Assembly (NCBI GenBank): GCA_030390025.1
Contig: JASTWF010000035.1
Location: 4,030,001 to 4,094,000, forward strand
Source: Squalus acanthias
Taxonomy: Eukaryota
DNA: 64,000 nt
Direction: 5' to 3'
In this document: one piece after another, positions 1 through 18,000 of the stretch
Layout: each line of letters starts with the position of its first letter
Position numbering within the stretch: the first letter of the stretch is position 1
Notes under the pieces: generated by a model
What the model saw: the letters and a program-made list of their open reading frames with translations, nothing else
The model's database searches: none
What the model was told of the DNA's origin: nothing
Program-made: the position numbers and the translations under genes

Positions 1-3000
1 CACTCGCTCACTAAACACACACACACACACAGATAACACACTCGCTCACTAAACACACACACACACACAGATAACACACTCGCTGACTGAACACACACAC
101 ACACACAGATAACACACTCGCTCACTGAACACACACACACACACAGATAACACACTCGCTCACTAAACACACACACACAGATAACACACTTGCTCACTAA
201 ACACACACACACACACAGATAACACACTCGCTCACTAAACACACACACACAGATAACACACTCGCTCACTAAACACACACACACACACAGATAACACACT
301 CGCTCACTAAACACACACACACAGATAACACACTTGCTCACTAAACACACACACACAAAGATAACACACTCGCTCACTAAACACACACACACACACAGAT
401 AACACACTCGCTCATAAACACACACAGATAACACACTCGCTCACTAAACACACACAGATAAAACACTCGTTCACTAAACACACACACAGTTAACACACAC
501 GCTCAGTAAACACACACAGATAACACACTCGTTCACTAAACACACACACAGTTAACTCACACGCTCACTAAACACACACACACACAGATAACACACTCGC
601 TCACTAAACACACACACACACACACAGATAACACACTCGCTCACTGAACACGCACACACACAGATAACACACTCGCTCACTAAACACACACACACAGATA
701 ACACACTCGCTCACTAAACACACACACACACAGATAACACACTCGCTCACTAAACACACACACACACACAGATAACACACTCGCTCACTAAACACACACA
801 CACACAGATAACACACTCGCTCACTAAACACACACACACACAGATAACACACTCGCTCACTAAACACACACACACACACACAGATAACACACTCGCTCAC
901 TGAACACGCACACACACAGATAACACACTCGCTCACTAAACACACACACACAGATAACACACTCGCTCACTAAACACACACACACACAGATAACACACTC
1001 GCTCACTAAACACACACACACACACAGATAACACACTCGCTCACTGAACACACACACACACACAGATAACACACTCGCTCACTACACACACACTCAGATA
1101 ACACACTCGCTCACTAAACACACACACACACAGATAACACACTCGCTCACTAAACACACACACACAGATAACACACTCGCTCACTGAACACACACACACA
1201 CAGATAACACACTCGCTCACTAAACACACACACACACAGATAACACACTCGCTCACTAAACACACACACACAGATAACACACTCGCTGACTGAACACACA
1301 CACACACACAGATAACACACTCGCTGACTGAACACACACACACACACAGATAACACACTCGCTCACTGAACACACACACACACACAGATAACACACTCGC
1401 TCACTAAACACACACACACACACAGATAACACACTCGCTCACTAAACACACACACACACACAGATAACACACTCGCTCACTGAACACACACACACACAGA
1501 TAACACACTTGCTCACTAAACACACACACAAAGATAACACACTCGCTCACTAAACACACACACACACACAGATAACACACTCGCTCACTAAACACACACA
1601 GATAACACACTGGCTCACTAAACACACACAGATAACACACTCGTTCACTAAACACACACACAGTTAACACACACGCTCACTAAACACACACAGATAACAC
1701 ACTCGTTCACTAAACACACACACAGTTAACACACACGCTCACTAAACACACACAGATAACACACTCGCTCACTAAACACACACACACATAACACACTCGC
1801 TCACTAAACACACACACAGATAACACACTCGCTCACTAAACACACACACACACACAACACACTCGCTCACTAAACACACACACAGATAACACACTCGCTC
1901 ACTAAACACACACACAGATAACACACTCGCTCACTAAACACACACACAGATAACACACACGCTCACTAAACACACACACAGATAACACACACGCTCACTA
2001 AATACACACACAGATAACACACTCGCTCACTAGACACACACAGATAAAATACTTGCTCACTTGACACACACACAGATAACGCACTCGCTCACTAAACACA
2101 CACACAGATAACACACTCGCTCACTAAACACACACACACATAACACACTCGCTCACTAAACACACACACAGACAACACACTCGCTCACTAAACACAAACA
2201 CAGATAATACACTCGCTCACTCAACACACACACAGATAACACACTCGCTCACTAAACACACACACAGATAACACACTCGCTCACTAAACACACACACACA
2301 CAGATAACACACTCGCTCACTAAACACAGACACACACAGATAACACACTCGCTCACTAAACACACACACACACATAACACAATCGCTCACTAAACACACA
2401 CACACAGATAACACACTCGCTCACTAAACACACACACACACAGATAACACACTCGCTCACTAAACACACAGATAACACACTCGTTCACTAAAGACACACA
2501 CACAGATAACACACTCACTCACTAAACACACACACAGATAACACACTCGCTCACTAAACACACACACACACACAACACACTCGCTCACTAAACACACACA
2601 CAGATAACACACTCGCTCACTAAACACACACACAGATAACACACTCGCTCACTAAACACACACACAGATAACACACACGCTCACTAAACACACACACAGA
2701 TAACACACACGCTCACTAAATACACACACAGATAACACACTCGCTCACTAGACACACACAGATAAAATACTTGCTCACTTGACACACACACAGATAACGC
2801 ACTCGCTCACTAAACACACACACAGATAACACACTCGCTCACTAAACACACACACACATAACACACTCGCTCACTAAACACACACACAGACAACACACTC
2901 GCTCACTAAACACAAACACAGATAATACACTCGCTCACTCAACACACACACAGATAACACACTCGCTCACTAAACACACACACAGATAACACACTCGCTC

Positions 3001-6000
3001 ACTAAACACACACACACACAGATAACACACTCGCTCACTAAACACAGACACACACAGATAACACACTCGCTCACTAAACACACACACACACATAACACAA
3101 TCGCTCACTAAACACACACACACAGATAACACACTCGCTCACTAAACACACACACACACAGATAACACACTCGCTCACTAAACACACAGATAACACACTC
3201 GTTCACTAAATACACACACACAGATAACACACTCACTCACTAAACACACACAGATAACACACTCGTTCACTAAACACACACAGATAACACACACGCTCAC
3301 TAAACACACACACAGATAACACACTCACTCACTAAAGACACACAGATAACACACTCGCTCACTAAACACACACAGATAACACACTCGCTCACTAAACACA
3401 CACAGATAACACACTCGCTCACTAAACACACACGCAGATAAAATACTTGCTCAGTAGACACACACACAGATAACACACTCACTCACTAAACACACACACA
3501 GATAACACACTCGCTCACTAAACACACACACAGATAATACACGGTCACTAAACGCACACACACAGATAACACACCCGTTCAATAAACACACACAGAGATA
3601 ACACACTCGCACACTAAACACACACACACAAAGATAACACACTCGCTCACTAAACACACACACAGATAACACACTCGCTTACTAAACACACACACAGATA
3701 ATGCACTCGATCACTAACCACACCCACACACATAGCACACTCACTCACTAGACACACACACACTGATAACAGACTCACACACTAAACATACACACACACA
3801 GATAACACACTCGCTCACTAAACACACACACACACAGATAACACACTCACTCACTAAACACACACACAGATAACACACTCGCTCACTAAACACACACACA
3901 CAAAGATAACACACTCGCTCACTAAACACACACACACAGATAACACACTCGCTCACTAAACACACACACTCAAAGATAACACACTCACTCACTAAACACA
4001 CACACTCAAAGATCACACACTCGCACACTAAACACACACACACACAGATAACACACTCGCTCACTAAACACACACACAGATAACACACTCGCTCACTAAA
4101 CACACACACACACATAACACAATCGCTCACTAAAGACACACACAGATAACACACTCACTCACTAAACACACACAGATAACACACTCGCTCACTAAACACA
4201 CACACACAGATAACACACTCGCTCACTAAACACACAAAGATAACACACTCGCTCACTAAACACACACAGATAACACACTCGCTCACTAAACACACAGATA
4301 ACACACTCGCTCACTAACCACACCCACACAGATAACACACTCGCTCACTAAACACACAAAGATAACACACTCGCTCACTAAACACACACAGATAACACAC
4401 TCGCTCACTAAACACACAGATAACACACTCGCTCACTAAACACACACACAGATAACACACTCGCTCACTGAACACACACACACACAGATAACACACTCGT
4501 TCACTAAACACACACACACAGATAACACACTCGCTCACTAAACACACACACACACACAGATAACACACTCGTTCACTAAACACACACACAGATAACACAC
4601 TCGCTCACTAAACACACACACACACAGATAACACACTCGCTCACTAAACACACACACACACACAGATAACACACTCGCTCACTAAACACACACACACACA
4701 GATAACACACTCGCTGACTGAACACACACACACACACAGATAACACACTCGCTGACTGAACACACACACACACACAGATAACACACTCGCTGACTGAACA
4801 CACACACACACACAGATAACACACTCGCTCACTAAACACACACACACAGATAACACACTCGCTCACTAAACACACACACACACACAGATAACACACTCGC
4901 TCACTAAACACACACACACACACAGATAACACACTCGCTGACTGAACACACACACACACACAGATAACACACTCGCTCACTAAACACACACACACAGATA
5001 ACACACTCGCTCACTAAACACACACACACACAGATAACACACTCGCTCACTAAACACACACACACACACAGATAACACACTCGCTGACTAAACACACACA
5101 CACAGATAACACACTCGCTCACTGAACACACACACAGATAACACACTCGCTCACTGAACACACACACACACACAGATAACACACTTGCTCACTAAACACA
5201 CACACACACACACAGATAACACACTCGCTCACTACACACACACACAGATAACACACTCGCTCACTGAACACACACACAGATAACTCACTCGTTCACTAAA
5301 CACACACTCAGATAACACACTCGCTCACTGAACACACACACACACACAGATAACACACTCGCTCACTAAACACACACACACACACAGATAACACACTCGC
5401 TCACTAAACACACACACACACACAGATAACACACTCGCTCACTAAACACACACACACACACAGATAACACACTCGCTCACTAAACACACACACACACACA
5501 GATAACACACTCGCTCACTAAACACACACACACACACAGATAACACACTCGCTCACTAAACACACACACACACACAGATAACACACTCGCTCACTAAACA
5601 CACACACACACACAGATAACACACTCGCTCACTAAACACACACACACACACAGATAACACACTCGCTCACTAAACACACACACACACACAGATAACACAC
5701 TCGCTGACTGAACACACACACACACACAGATAACACACTCGCTCACTGAACACACACACACACACAGATAACACACTCGCTCACTAAACACACACACACA
5801 GATAACACACTTGCTCACTAAACACACACACACACACAGATAACACACTCGCTCACTAAACACACACACACAGATAACACACTCGCTCACTAAACACACA
5901 CACACACACAGATAACACACTCGCTCACTAAACACACACACACAGATAACACACTTGCTCACTAAACACACACACACAAAGATAACACACTCGCTCACTA

Positions 6001-9000
6001 AACACACACACACACACAGATAACACACTCGCTCATAAACACACACAGATAACACACTCGCTCACTAAACACACACAGATAAAACACTCGTTCACTAAAC
6101 ACACACACAGTTAACACACACGCTCAGTAAACACACACAGATAACACACTCGTTCACTAAACACACACACAGTTAACTCACACGCTCACTAAACACACAC
6201 AGATAACACACTCGCTCACTAAACACACACACACATAACACACTCGCTCAATAAACACACACACACACAGATAACACACTCGCTCACTAAACACACACAC
6301 AGATAACACACTCGCTCACTAAACACACACACAGATAACACACTCGCTCACTAAACACACACACACACACAACACACTCGCTCACTAAACACACACACAG
6401 ATAACACACACGCTCACTAAACACACACACAGATAACACACACGCTCACTAAATACACACACAGATAACACACTCGCTCACTAAACACACACACACATAA
6501 CACACTCGCTCAATAAACACACACACACACAGATAACACACTCGCTCACTAAACACACACACAGATAACACACACGCTCACTAAACACACACACAGATAA
6601 CACACTCGCTCACTAGACACACACACAGATAACACACACGCTCACTAAACACACACACAGATAACACACTCGCTCACTAAACACACACACAGATAACACA
6701 CTCGCTCACTAAACACACACACGGATAACACACACGCTCACTAAACACACACACAGATAACACACACGCTCACTAAATACACACACAGATAACACACTCG
6801 CTCACTAGACACACACAGATAAAATACTTGCTCACTTGACACACACACAGATAACACACTCGTTCACTAAAGACACACACACAGATAACACACTCACTCA
6901 CTAAACACACACAGATAACACACTCGTTCACTAAACACACACAGATAACACACACGCTCACTAAACACACACACCGATAACACACTCACTCACTAGACAC
7001 ACACACACAGATAACACACTCACTCACTAAACACACACACAGATAACACACTCGCTCACTAAACACACACACAGATAATACACGGTCACTAAACGCACAC
7101 ACACAGATAACACACCCGTTCAATAAACACACACAGAGATAACACACTCGCACACTAAACACACACACACAAAGATAACACACTCGTTCACTAAACACAC
7201 ACACAGATAACACACTCGTTCACTAAACACACACACAGATAACACACTCGCTCACTAAACACACACACAGATAACACACTCGATCACTAACCACACCCAC
7301 ACAAAGAGCACACTCACTCACTAGACACACACACACTGATAACAGACTCACACACTAAACATACACACACACAGATAACACACTCGCTCACTAAACACAC
7401 ACACACAGATAACACACTCACTCACTAAACACACACACAGATAACACACTCGCTCACTAAACACACACACACAAAGATAACACACTCGCTCACTAAACAC
7501 ACACACACACAGATAACACACTCACTCACTAAACACACACACAGATAACACACTCGCTCACTAAACACGCAAAGATAACACACTCGCTCACTAAACACAC
7601 ACAGATAACACACTCGCTCACTAAACACACAGATAACACAATCGCTCACTAACCACACCCACACAGATAACACACTCGCACACTAAACCCACACACAGAT
7701 AATACATTCGCTCACTAAACACAGAAAAATAACACACTCGCTTACTATACAAACACACAGATAACACACTCGCTCACTAAACACACAGATAACACACTCG
7801 CTCACTGAACACACACACAGATAACACACTCGCTCACTAAACACAGACACACACAGATAACACACTCGCTCACTAAACACACACACACACAGATAACACA
7901 CTCGCTCACTAAACACACAGATAACACACTCGTTCACTAAAGACACACACACAGATAACACACTCACTCACTAAACACACACAGATAACACACTCGTTCA
8001 CTAAACACACACAGATAACACACACGCTCACTAAACACACACACAGATAACACACTCACTCACTAAAGACACACAGATAACACACTCGCTCACTAAACAC
8101 ACACAGATAACACACTCGCTCACTAAACACACACAGATAACACACTCGCTCACTAAACACACACGCAGATAAAATACTTGCTCAGTAGACACACACACAG
8201 ATAACACACTCACTCACTAAACACACACACAGATAACACACTCGCTCACTAAACACACACACACACAGATAACACACTCACTCACTAAACACACACACAG
8301 ATAACACACTCGCTCACTAAACACACACACACACAGATAACACACTCGCTCACTAAACACACACACAGATAATACACGGTCACTAAACGCACACACACAG
8401 ATAACACACCCGTTCAATAAACACACACAGAGATAACACACTCGCACACTAAACACACACACACAAAGATAACACACTCGCTCACTAAACACACACACAG
8501 ATAACACACTCGCTTACTAAACACACACACAGATAATGCACTCGATCACTAAACACACACACACAAAGATAACACACTCGCTCACTAGACACACACACAC
8601 TGATAACAGACTCACACACTAAACATACACACACACAGATAACACACTCGCTCACTAAACACACACACACAGATAACACACTCACTCACTAAACACACAC
8701 ACAGATAACACACTCGCTCACTAAACACACACACACAAAGATAACACACTCGCTCACTAAACACACACACACAGATAACACACTCGCTCACTAAACACAC
8801 ACACACAAAGATAACACACTCGCTCACTAAACACACACACACACAGATAACACACTCACTCACTAAACACACACACTCAAAGATAACACACTCGCACACT
8901 AAACACACACACACACAGATAACACACTCGCTCACTAAACACACACAAAGATAACACACTCGCTCACTAAACACACACAGATAACACACTCGCTCACTAA

Positions 9001-12000
9001 AGACACACACAGATAACACACTCACTCACTAAACACACACAGATAACACACTCGCTCACTAAACACACAAAGATAACACACTCGCTCACTAAACACACAG
9101 ATAACACACTCGCACACTAAACACACACACAGATAACACACTCGCTCACTAAACACACACACACACACAGATAACACACTCGCTCACTAAACACACACAC
9201 ACACACAGATAACACACTCGCTCACTAAACACACACACACACAAAGATAACACACTCGCTCACTAAACACACAGATAACACACTCGCACACTAAACACAC
9301 ACACAGATAACACACTCGCTCACTAAACACACACACACACACAGATAACACACTCGCTCACTAAACACACACACACAGATAACACACTCGCTCACTAAAC
9401 ACACACACACACAGATAACACACTCACTCACTAAACACACACACACACAGATAACACACTCGCTCACTAAACACACACACACACACAGATAACACACTCG
9501 CTCACTAAACACACACAGATAACACACTCGCTCATTAAACACACACAGATAACACACTCATTCACTAAACACACACACAGTTAACACACACGCTCACTAA
9601 ACACACACAGATAACACACTCGTTCACTAAACACACACACAGTTAACACACACGCTCACTAAACACACACAGATAACACACTCGCTCACTAAACACACAC
9701 ACACATAACACACTCGCTCAATAAACACACACACACACAGATAACACACTCGCTCACTAAACACACACACAGAGAACACACTCGCTCACTAAACACACAC
9801 ACAGATAACACACTCGCTCACTAAACACACACACACAAAGATAACACACTCGCTCACTAAACACACACACACACAGATAACACACTCACTCACTAAACAC
9901 ACACACAGATAACACACTCGCTCACTAAACACGCAAAGATAACACACTCGCTCACTAAACACACACAGATAACACACTCGCTCACTAAACACACAGATAA
10001 CACAATCGCTCACTAACCACACCCACACAGATAACACACTCGCACACTAAACCCACACACAGATAATACATTCGCTCACTAAACACAGAAAAATAACACA
10101 CTCGCTTACTATACAAACACACAGATAACACACTCGCTCACTAAACACACAGATAACACACTCGCTCACTGAACACACACACAGATAACACACTCGCTCA
10201 CTAAACACAGACACACACAGATAACACACTCGCTCACTAAACACACACACACACAGATAACACACTCGCTCACTAAACACACAGATAACACACTCGTTCA
10301 CTAAAGACACACACACAGATAACACACTCACTCACTAAACACACACAGATAACACACTCGTTCACTAAACACACACAGATAACACACACGCTCACTAAAC
10401 ACACACACAGATAACACACTCACTCACTAAAGACACACAGATAACACACTCGCTCACTAAACACACACAGATAACACACTCGCTCACTAAACACACACAG
10501 ATAACACACTCGCTCACTAAACACACACGCAGATAAAATACTTGCTCAGTAGACACACACACAGATAACACACTCACTCACTAAACACACACACAGATAA
10601 CACACTCGCTCACTAAACACACACACACACAGATAACACACTCACTCACTAAACACACACACACACAGATAACACACTCGCTCACTAAACACACACACAG
10701 ATAATACACGGTCACTAAACGCACACACACAGATAACACACCCGTTCAATAAACACACACAGAGATAACACACTCGCACACTAAACACACACACACAAAG
10801 ATAACACACTCGCTCACTAAACACACACACAGATAACACACTCGCTTACTAAACACACACACAGATAATGCACTCGATCACTAAACACACACACACAAAG
10901 ATAACACACTCGCTCACTAGACACACACACACTGATAACAGACTCACACACTAAACATACACACACACAGATAACACACTCGCTCACTAAACACACACAC
11001 ACAGATAACACACTCACTCACTAAACACACACACAGATAACACACTCGCTCACTAAACACACACACACAAAGATAACACACTCGCTCACTAAACACACAC
11101 ACACAGATAACACACTCGCTCACTAAACACACACACACAAAGATAACACACTCGCTCACTAAACACACACACAGATAACACACTCGCTCACTAAACACAC
11201 AAAGATAACACACTCGCTCACTAAACACACACAGATAACACACTCGCTCACTAAAGACACACACACAGATAACACACTCACTCACTAAACACACACACAG
11301 ATAACACACTCGCTCACTAAACACACACACACACAGATAACACACTCACTCACTAAACACACACACTCAAAGATAACACACTCGCACACTAAACACACAC
11401 ACACACAGATAACACACTCGCTCACTAAACACACACACAGATAACACACTCGCTCACTAAACACACAAAGATAACACACTCGCTCACTAAACACACACAG
11501 ATAACACACTCGCTCACTAAAGACACACACAGATAACACACTCACTCACTAAACACACACAGATAACACACTCGCTCACTAAACACACAAAGATAACACA
11601 CTCGCTCACTAAACACACACACACACACAGATAACACACTCGCTCACTAAACACACACACACACACAGATAACACACTCGCTCACTAAACACACACACAC
11701 ACAGATAACACACTCGCTCACTAAACACACACACACAAAGATAACACACTCGCTCACTAAACACACACACACACACAGATAACACACTCGCTCACTGAAC
11801 ACACACACACACAGATAACACACTCGCTCACTGAACACACACACACACAGATAACACACTCGCTCACTAAACACACACACACACAGATAACACACTCGCT
11901 CACTAAACACACACACACACACAGATAACACACTCGCTCACTAAACACACACACACACACAGATAACACACTCGCTCACTAAACACACACACACACACAG

Positions 12001-15000
12001 ATAACACACTCGTTCACTAAACACACACACACACACAGATAACACACTCGCTCACTAAACACACACACACACAGATAACACACTCGTTCACTAAACACAC
12101 ACACACAGATAACACACTCGCTCACTAAACACACACACACAGATAACACACTTGCTCACTAAACACACACACACACACACAAATAACACACTCGCTCACT
12201 ACACACACACACAGATAACACACTCGCTCACTGAACACACACACAGATAACTCACTCGTTCACTAAACACACACTCAGATAACACACTCGCTCACTAAAC
12301 ACACACACACACACAGATAACACACTCGCTCACTAAACACACACACACAGATAACACACTCGCTCACTAAACACACACACACACAGATAACACACTCGCT
12401 CACTAAACACACACACACAGATAACACACTCGCTCACTAAACACACACACACACACAGATAACACACTCGCTCACTAAACACACACACACAGATAACACA
12501 CTCGCTCACTAAACACACACACACACACAGATAACACACTCGCTCACTAAACACACACACACAGATAACACACTCGCTCACTAAACACACACACACACAG
12601 ATAACACACTCGCTCACTAAACACACACACACAGATAACACACTCGCTCACTAAACACACACACACACACAGATAACACTCGCTCACTAAACACACACAC
12701 ACACACAGATAACACACTCGCTCACTGAACACACACACACACACAGATAGCACACTCGCTCACTAAACACACACACACACACAGATAACACACTCGCTCA
12801 CTAAACACACACACACAGATAACACACTCGCTCACTAAACACACACACACACAGATAACACACTCACTCACTAAACACACACACACACAGATAACACACT
12901 CGCTCACTGAACACACACACACACACAGATAACACACTCGCTCACTAAACACACACACACACACATATAACACAATCGCTCACTAAACACACACACACAC
13001 AGATAACACACTCGCTCATAAACACACACAGATAACACACTCGCTCACTAAACACACACAGATAAAACACTCGTTCACTAAACACACACACAGTTAACAC
13101 ACACGCTCAGTAAACACACACAGATAACACACTCGTTCACTAAACACACACACAGTTAACTCACACGCTCACTAAACACACACAGATAACACACTCGCTC
13201 ACTAAACACACACACACATAACACACTCGCTCAATAAACACACACACACACAGATAACACACTCGCTCACTAAACACACACACAGATAACGCACTCGCTC
13301 ACTAAACACACACACAGATAACACACTCGCTCACTAAACACACACACACACACAACACACTCGCTCACTAAACACACACACAGATAACACACTCGCTCAC
13401 TAAACACACACACAGATAACACACTCGCTCACTAAACACACACACGGATAACACACACGCTCACTAAACACACACACAGATAACACACACGCTCACTAAA
13501 TACACACACAGATAACACACTCGCTCACTAGACACACACAGATAAAATACTTGCTCACTTGACACACACACAGATAACACACTCGTTCACTAAAGACACA
13601 CACACAGATAACACACTCACTCACTAAACACACACAGATAACACACGCGTTCACTAAACACACACAGATAACACACACGCTCACTAAACACACACACAGA
13701 TAACACACTCACTCACTAGACACACACACACAGATAACACACTCACTCACTAAACACACACACAGATAACACACTCGCTCACTAAACACACACACAGATA
13801 ATACACGGTCACTAAACGCACACACACAGATAACACACCCGTTCAATAAACACACACAGAGATAACACACTCGCACACTAAACACACACACACAAAGATA
13901 ACACACTCGTTCACTAAACACACACACAGATAACACACTCGCTCACTAAACACACACACAGACAATACACTCGATCACTAACCACACCCACACAAAGAGC
14001 ACACTCACTCACTAGACACACACACACTGATAACAGACTCACACACTAAACATACACACACACAGATAACACACTCGCTCACTAAACACACACACACAGA
14101 TAACACACTCACTCACTAAACACACACACAGATAACACACTCGCTCACTAAACACACACACACAAAGATAACACACTCGCTCACTAAACACACACACACA
14201 CAGATAACACACTCACTCACTAAACACACACACTCAAAGATAACACACTCGCACACTAAACACACACACACACAGATAACACACTCGCTCACTAAACACA
14301 CACACAGATAACACACTCGCTCACTAAACACACACACACACAGATAACACACTCACTCACTAAACACACACACTCAAAGATAACACACTCGCACACTAAA
14401 CACACACACACACAGATAACACAATCGCTCACTAAAGACACACACAGATAACACACTCACTCACTAAACACACACAGATAACACACTCGCTCACTAAACA
14501 CGCAAAGATAACACACTCGCTCACTAAACACACACAGATAACACACTCGCTCACTAAACACACAGATAACACAATCGCTCACTAACCACACCCACACAGA
14601 TAACACACTCGCACACTAAACCCACACACAGATAATACATTCGCTCACTAAACACAGAAAAATAACACACTCGCTTACTATACAAACACACAGATAACAC
14701 ACTCGCTCACTAAACACACAGATAACACACTCGCTCACTGAACACACACACAGATAACACACTCGCTCACCAAACACACACAGATAACACTCGCTCACTA
14801 AACACACACACACCTAACACACTCGCTCACAAAACACACACTCGCTCACTAAACATACACACACAGATAACACACTCGTTCACTAAACACACACACACAG
14901 TTAACACACTCGTTCACTAAACACACACACACAGTTAACACACGCTCACTAAACACACACAGATAACACACTCGCTCACTAAACACACACACAGTTAACA

Positions 15001-18000
15001 CACACGCTCACGAAACACACACACACAGATAACACACTCGCTCACTAAACACACACACACATAACACACTCGCTCACTAAACACACACACACACAGATAA
15101 CACACTCGCTCACTAAACACACACACACACAGATAACACACTCGCTCACTAAACACACAGATAACACACTCGCTCACTAAACACACACAGATAACACACT
15201 CGTTCACTAAACACACACACAGTTAACACACACGCTCACTAAACACACACAGATAACACACTCGTTCACTAAACACACACACAGTTAACACACACGCTCA
15301 CTAAACACACACAGATAACACACTCGCTCACTAAACACACACACACATAACACACTCGCTCAATAAACACACACACACACAGGTAACACACTCGCTCACT
15401 AAACACACACACAGATAACACACTCGCTCACTAAACACACACACAGATAACACACTTGCTCACTAAACACACACACACACACACAGATAACACACTCGCT
15501 CACTAAACACACACACACAGATAACACACTCGCTCACTAAACACACACACACACACAGATAACACACTCGCTCACTAAACACACACACACAGATAACACA
15601 CTCGCTCACTAAACACACACACATACACAGATAACACACTCGCTCACTAAACACACACACACACACAGATAACACACTCGCTCACTAAACACACACACAC
15701 ACACAGATAACACACTCGCTAACTGAACACACACACAGATAACTCACTCGTTCACTAAACACACACACACAGATAACACACTCGCTCACTAAACACACAC
15801 ACACACACAGATAACACACTCGCTCATTGAACACACACACACAGATAACACACTCGCTCACTGAACGCACACACACAGATAACACACTCGCTCACTAAAC
15901 ACACACACACACACAGATAACACACTCGCTCACTAAACACACACACACACACAGATAACACACTCACTCACTAAACACACACACACACACAGATAACACA
16001 CTCGCTCGCTAAACACACACACACACACAGATAACACACTCGCTCACTAAACACACACACACACACAGATAACACACTCGCTCACTAAACACACACACAG
16101 ATAACACACTCGCTCACTAAACACACACACAGATAACACACTCGCTCACTAAACACACACACACACAGATAACACACTCGCTCACTAAACACACACACAC
16201 ACACAGATAACACACTCGCTCATAAAAACACACACACACACACAGATAACACACTCGCTCACTAAACACACACACACACACAGATAACACACTGGCTCAC
16301 TAAACACACACACGCACACAGATAACACACTCGCACACTAAACACACACACACAGATAACACACTCGCTCACTAAACACACACACGCACACAGATAACAC
16401 ACTCGCACACTAAACACACACACACAGATAACACACTCGCACACTAAACACACACACACAGATAACACACTCGCACACTAAACACACACACACACACAGA
16501 TAACACAATCGCACACTAAACACACACACACACACAGATAACACACTCGCACACTAAACACACACACACACACAGATAACACACTCGCTCACTGAACACA
16601 TACACACACAGATAACACACTCGCTCACTAAACACACACACAGATAACACACTCGCTCACTAAACACACACACACATAACACACTCGCTCACTAAACACA
16701 CACACACACATAACACAATCGCTCACTAAAGACACACACAGATAACACACTCACTCACGAAACACACACACACAGATAACACACTCGCTCACTAAACACA
16801 CACACACTTAACACACTCGCTCACTAAACACACACACACACAGATAACACACTCGCTCACTAAACACACACACACACAGATAACCCACTCGCTCACTAAA
16901 CACACACACAGATAACACACGGTCACTAAACACACACACACAGATGACACACCCATTCAATAAACACACACAGAGATAACACACTCGCACACTAAACACA
17001 CACACACACAGATAACACACTGGCTCACTAAGCACATACACAGATAATACACTCGCTCACTAACCACACCCACACACATAGCACACTCACTCACTAGACA
17101 CACACACACTGATAACAGACTCACACACTAAACACACACACACACAGATAACACACTCGCTCACTAAACACACACACACAGATAACACACTCGCTCACTA
17201 AACACACACACACACACAGATAACACACTCGCTCACTAAACACACACACAGATAATACACTCGCTCACTAAACACACACACAGATAACACACTCGCTCAC
17301 TAAACACACACACACACATAGATAACAGACTCGCTCACTAAACACACACACACACATAGATAACACACTCGCTCACTAAACACACACACACACATAGATA
17401 ACAGACTCGCTCACTAAACACACACACACACATAGATAACAGACTCGCTCACTAACCACACCCACACACATAGATAACACACTCGCTCACTAAACACACA
17501 CACACACATAGATAACAGACTCGCTCACTAAACACACACACACACAGATAATACACTCGCTCACTAACCACACCCACACAGATAACACACTCGCACACAA
17601 AACACACACACAGATAATACACTCGCTCACTAAACACATACACAGATAACACACTCGCACACTAAACACACACACAGATAATACACTCGCTCACTAAACA
17701 CACACAGATAACACACTCGCTCACTAAACACGCACAGATAACACACTCGTTCACTAAACATACACACAGCTAACACACACGCTCACTAAACACACACAGA
17801 TAACACACTGGCTCACTAAGCACATACACAGATAATACTCACTCACTAGACACACACACACTGATAACAGACTCACACACTAAACACACACACACACAGA
17901 TAACACACTCGCTCACTGAACACGCACACACAGACAGATAACACACTCGTTCACTAAACACACACACACAGATAACACACTCGCTCACTAAACACACACA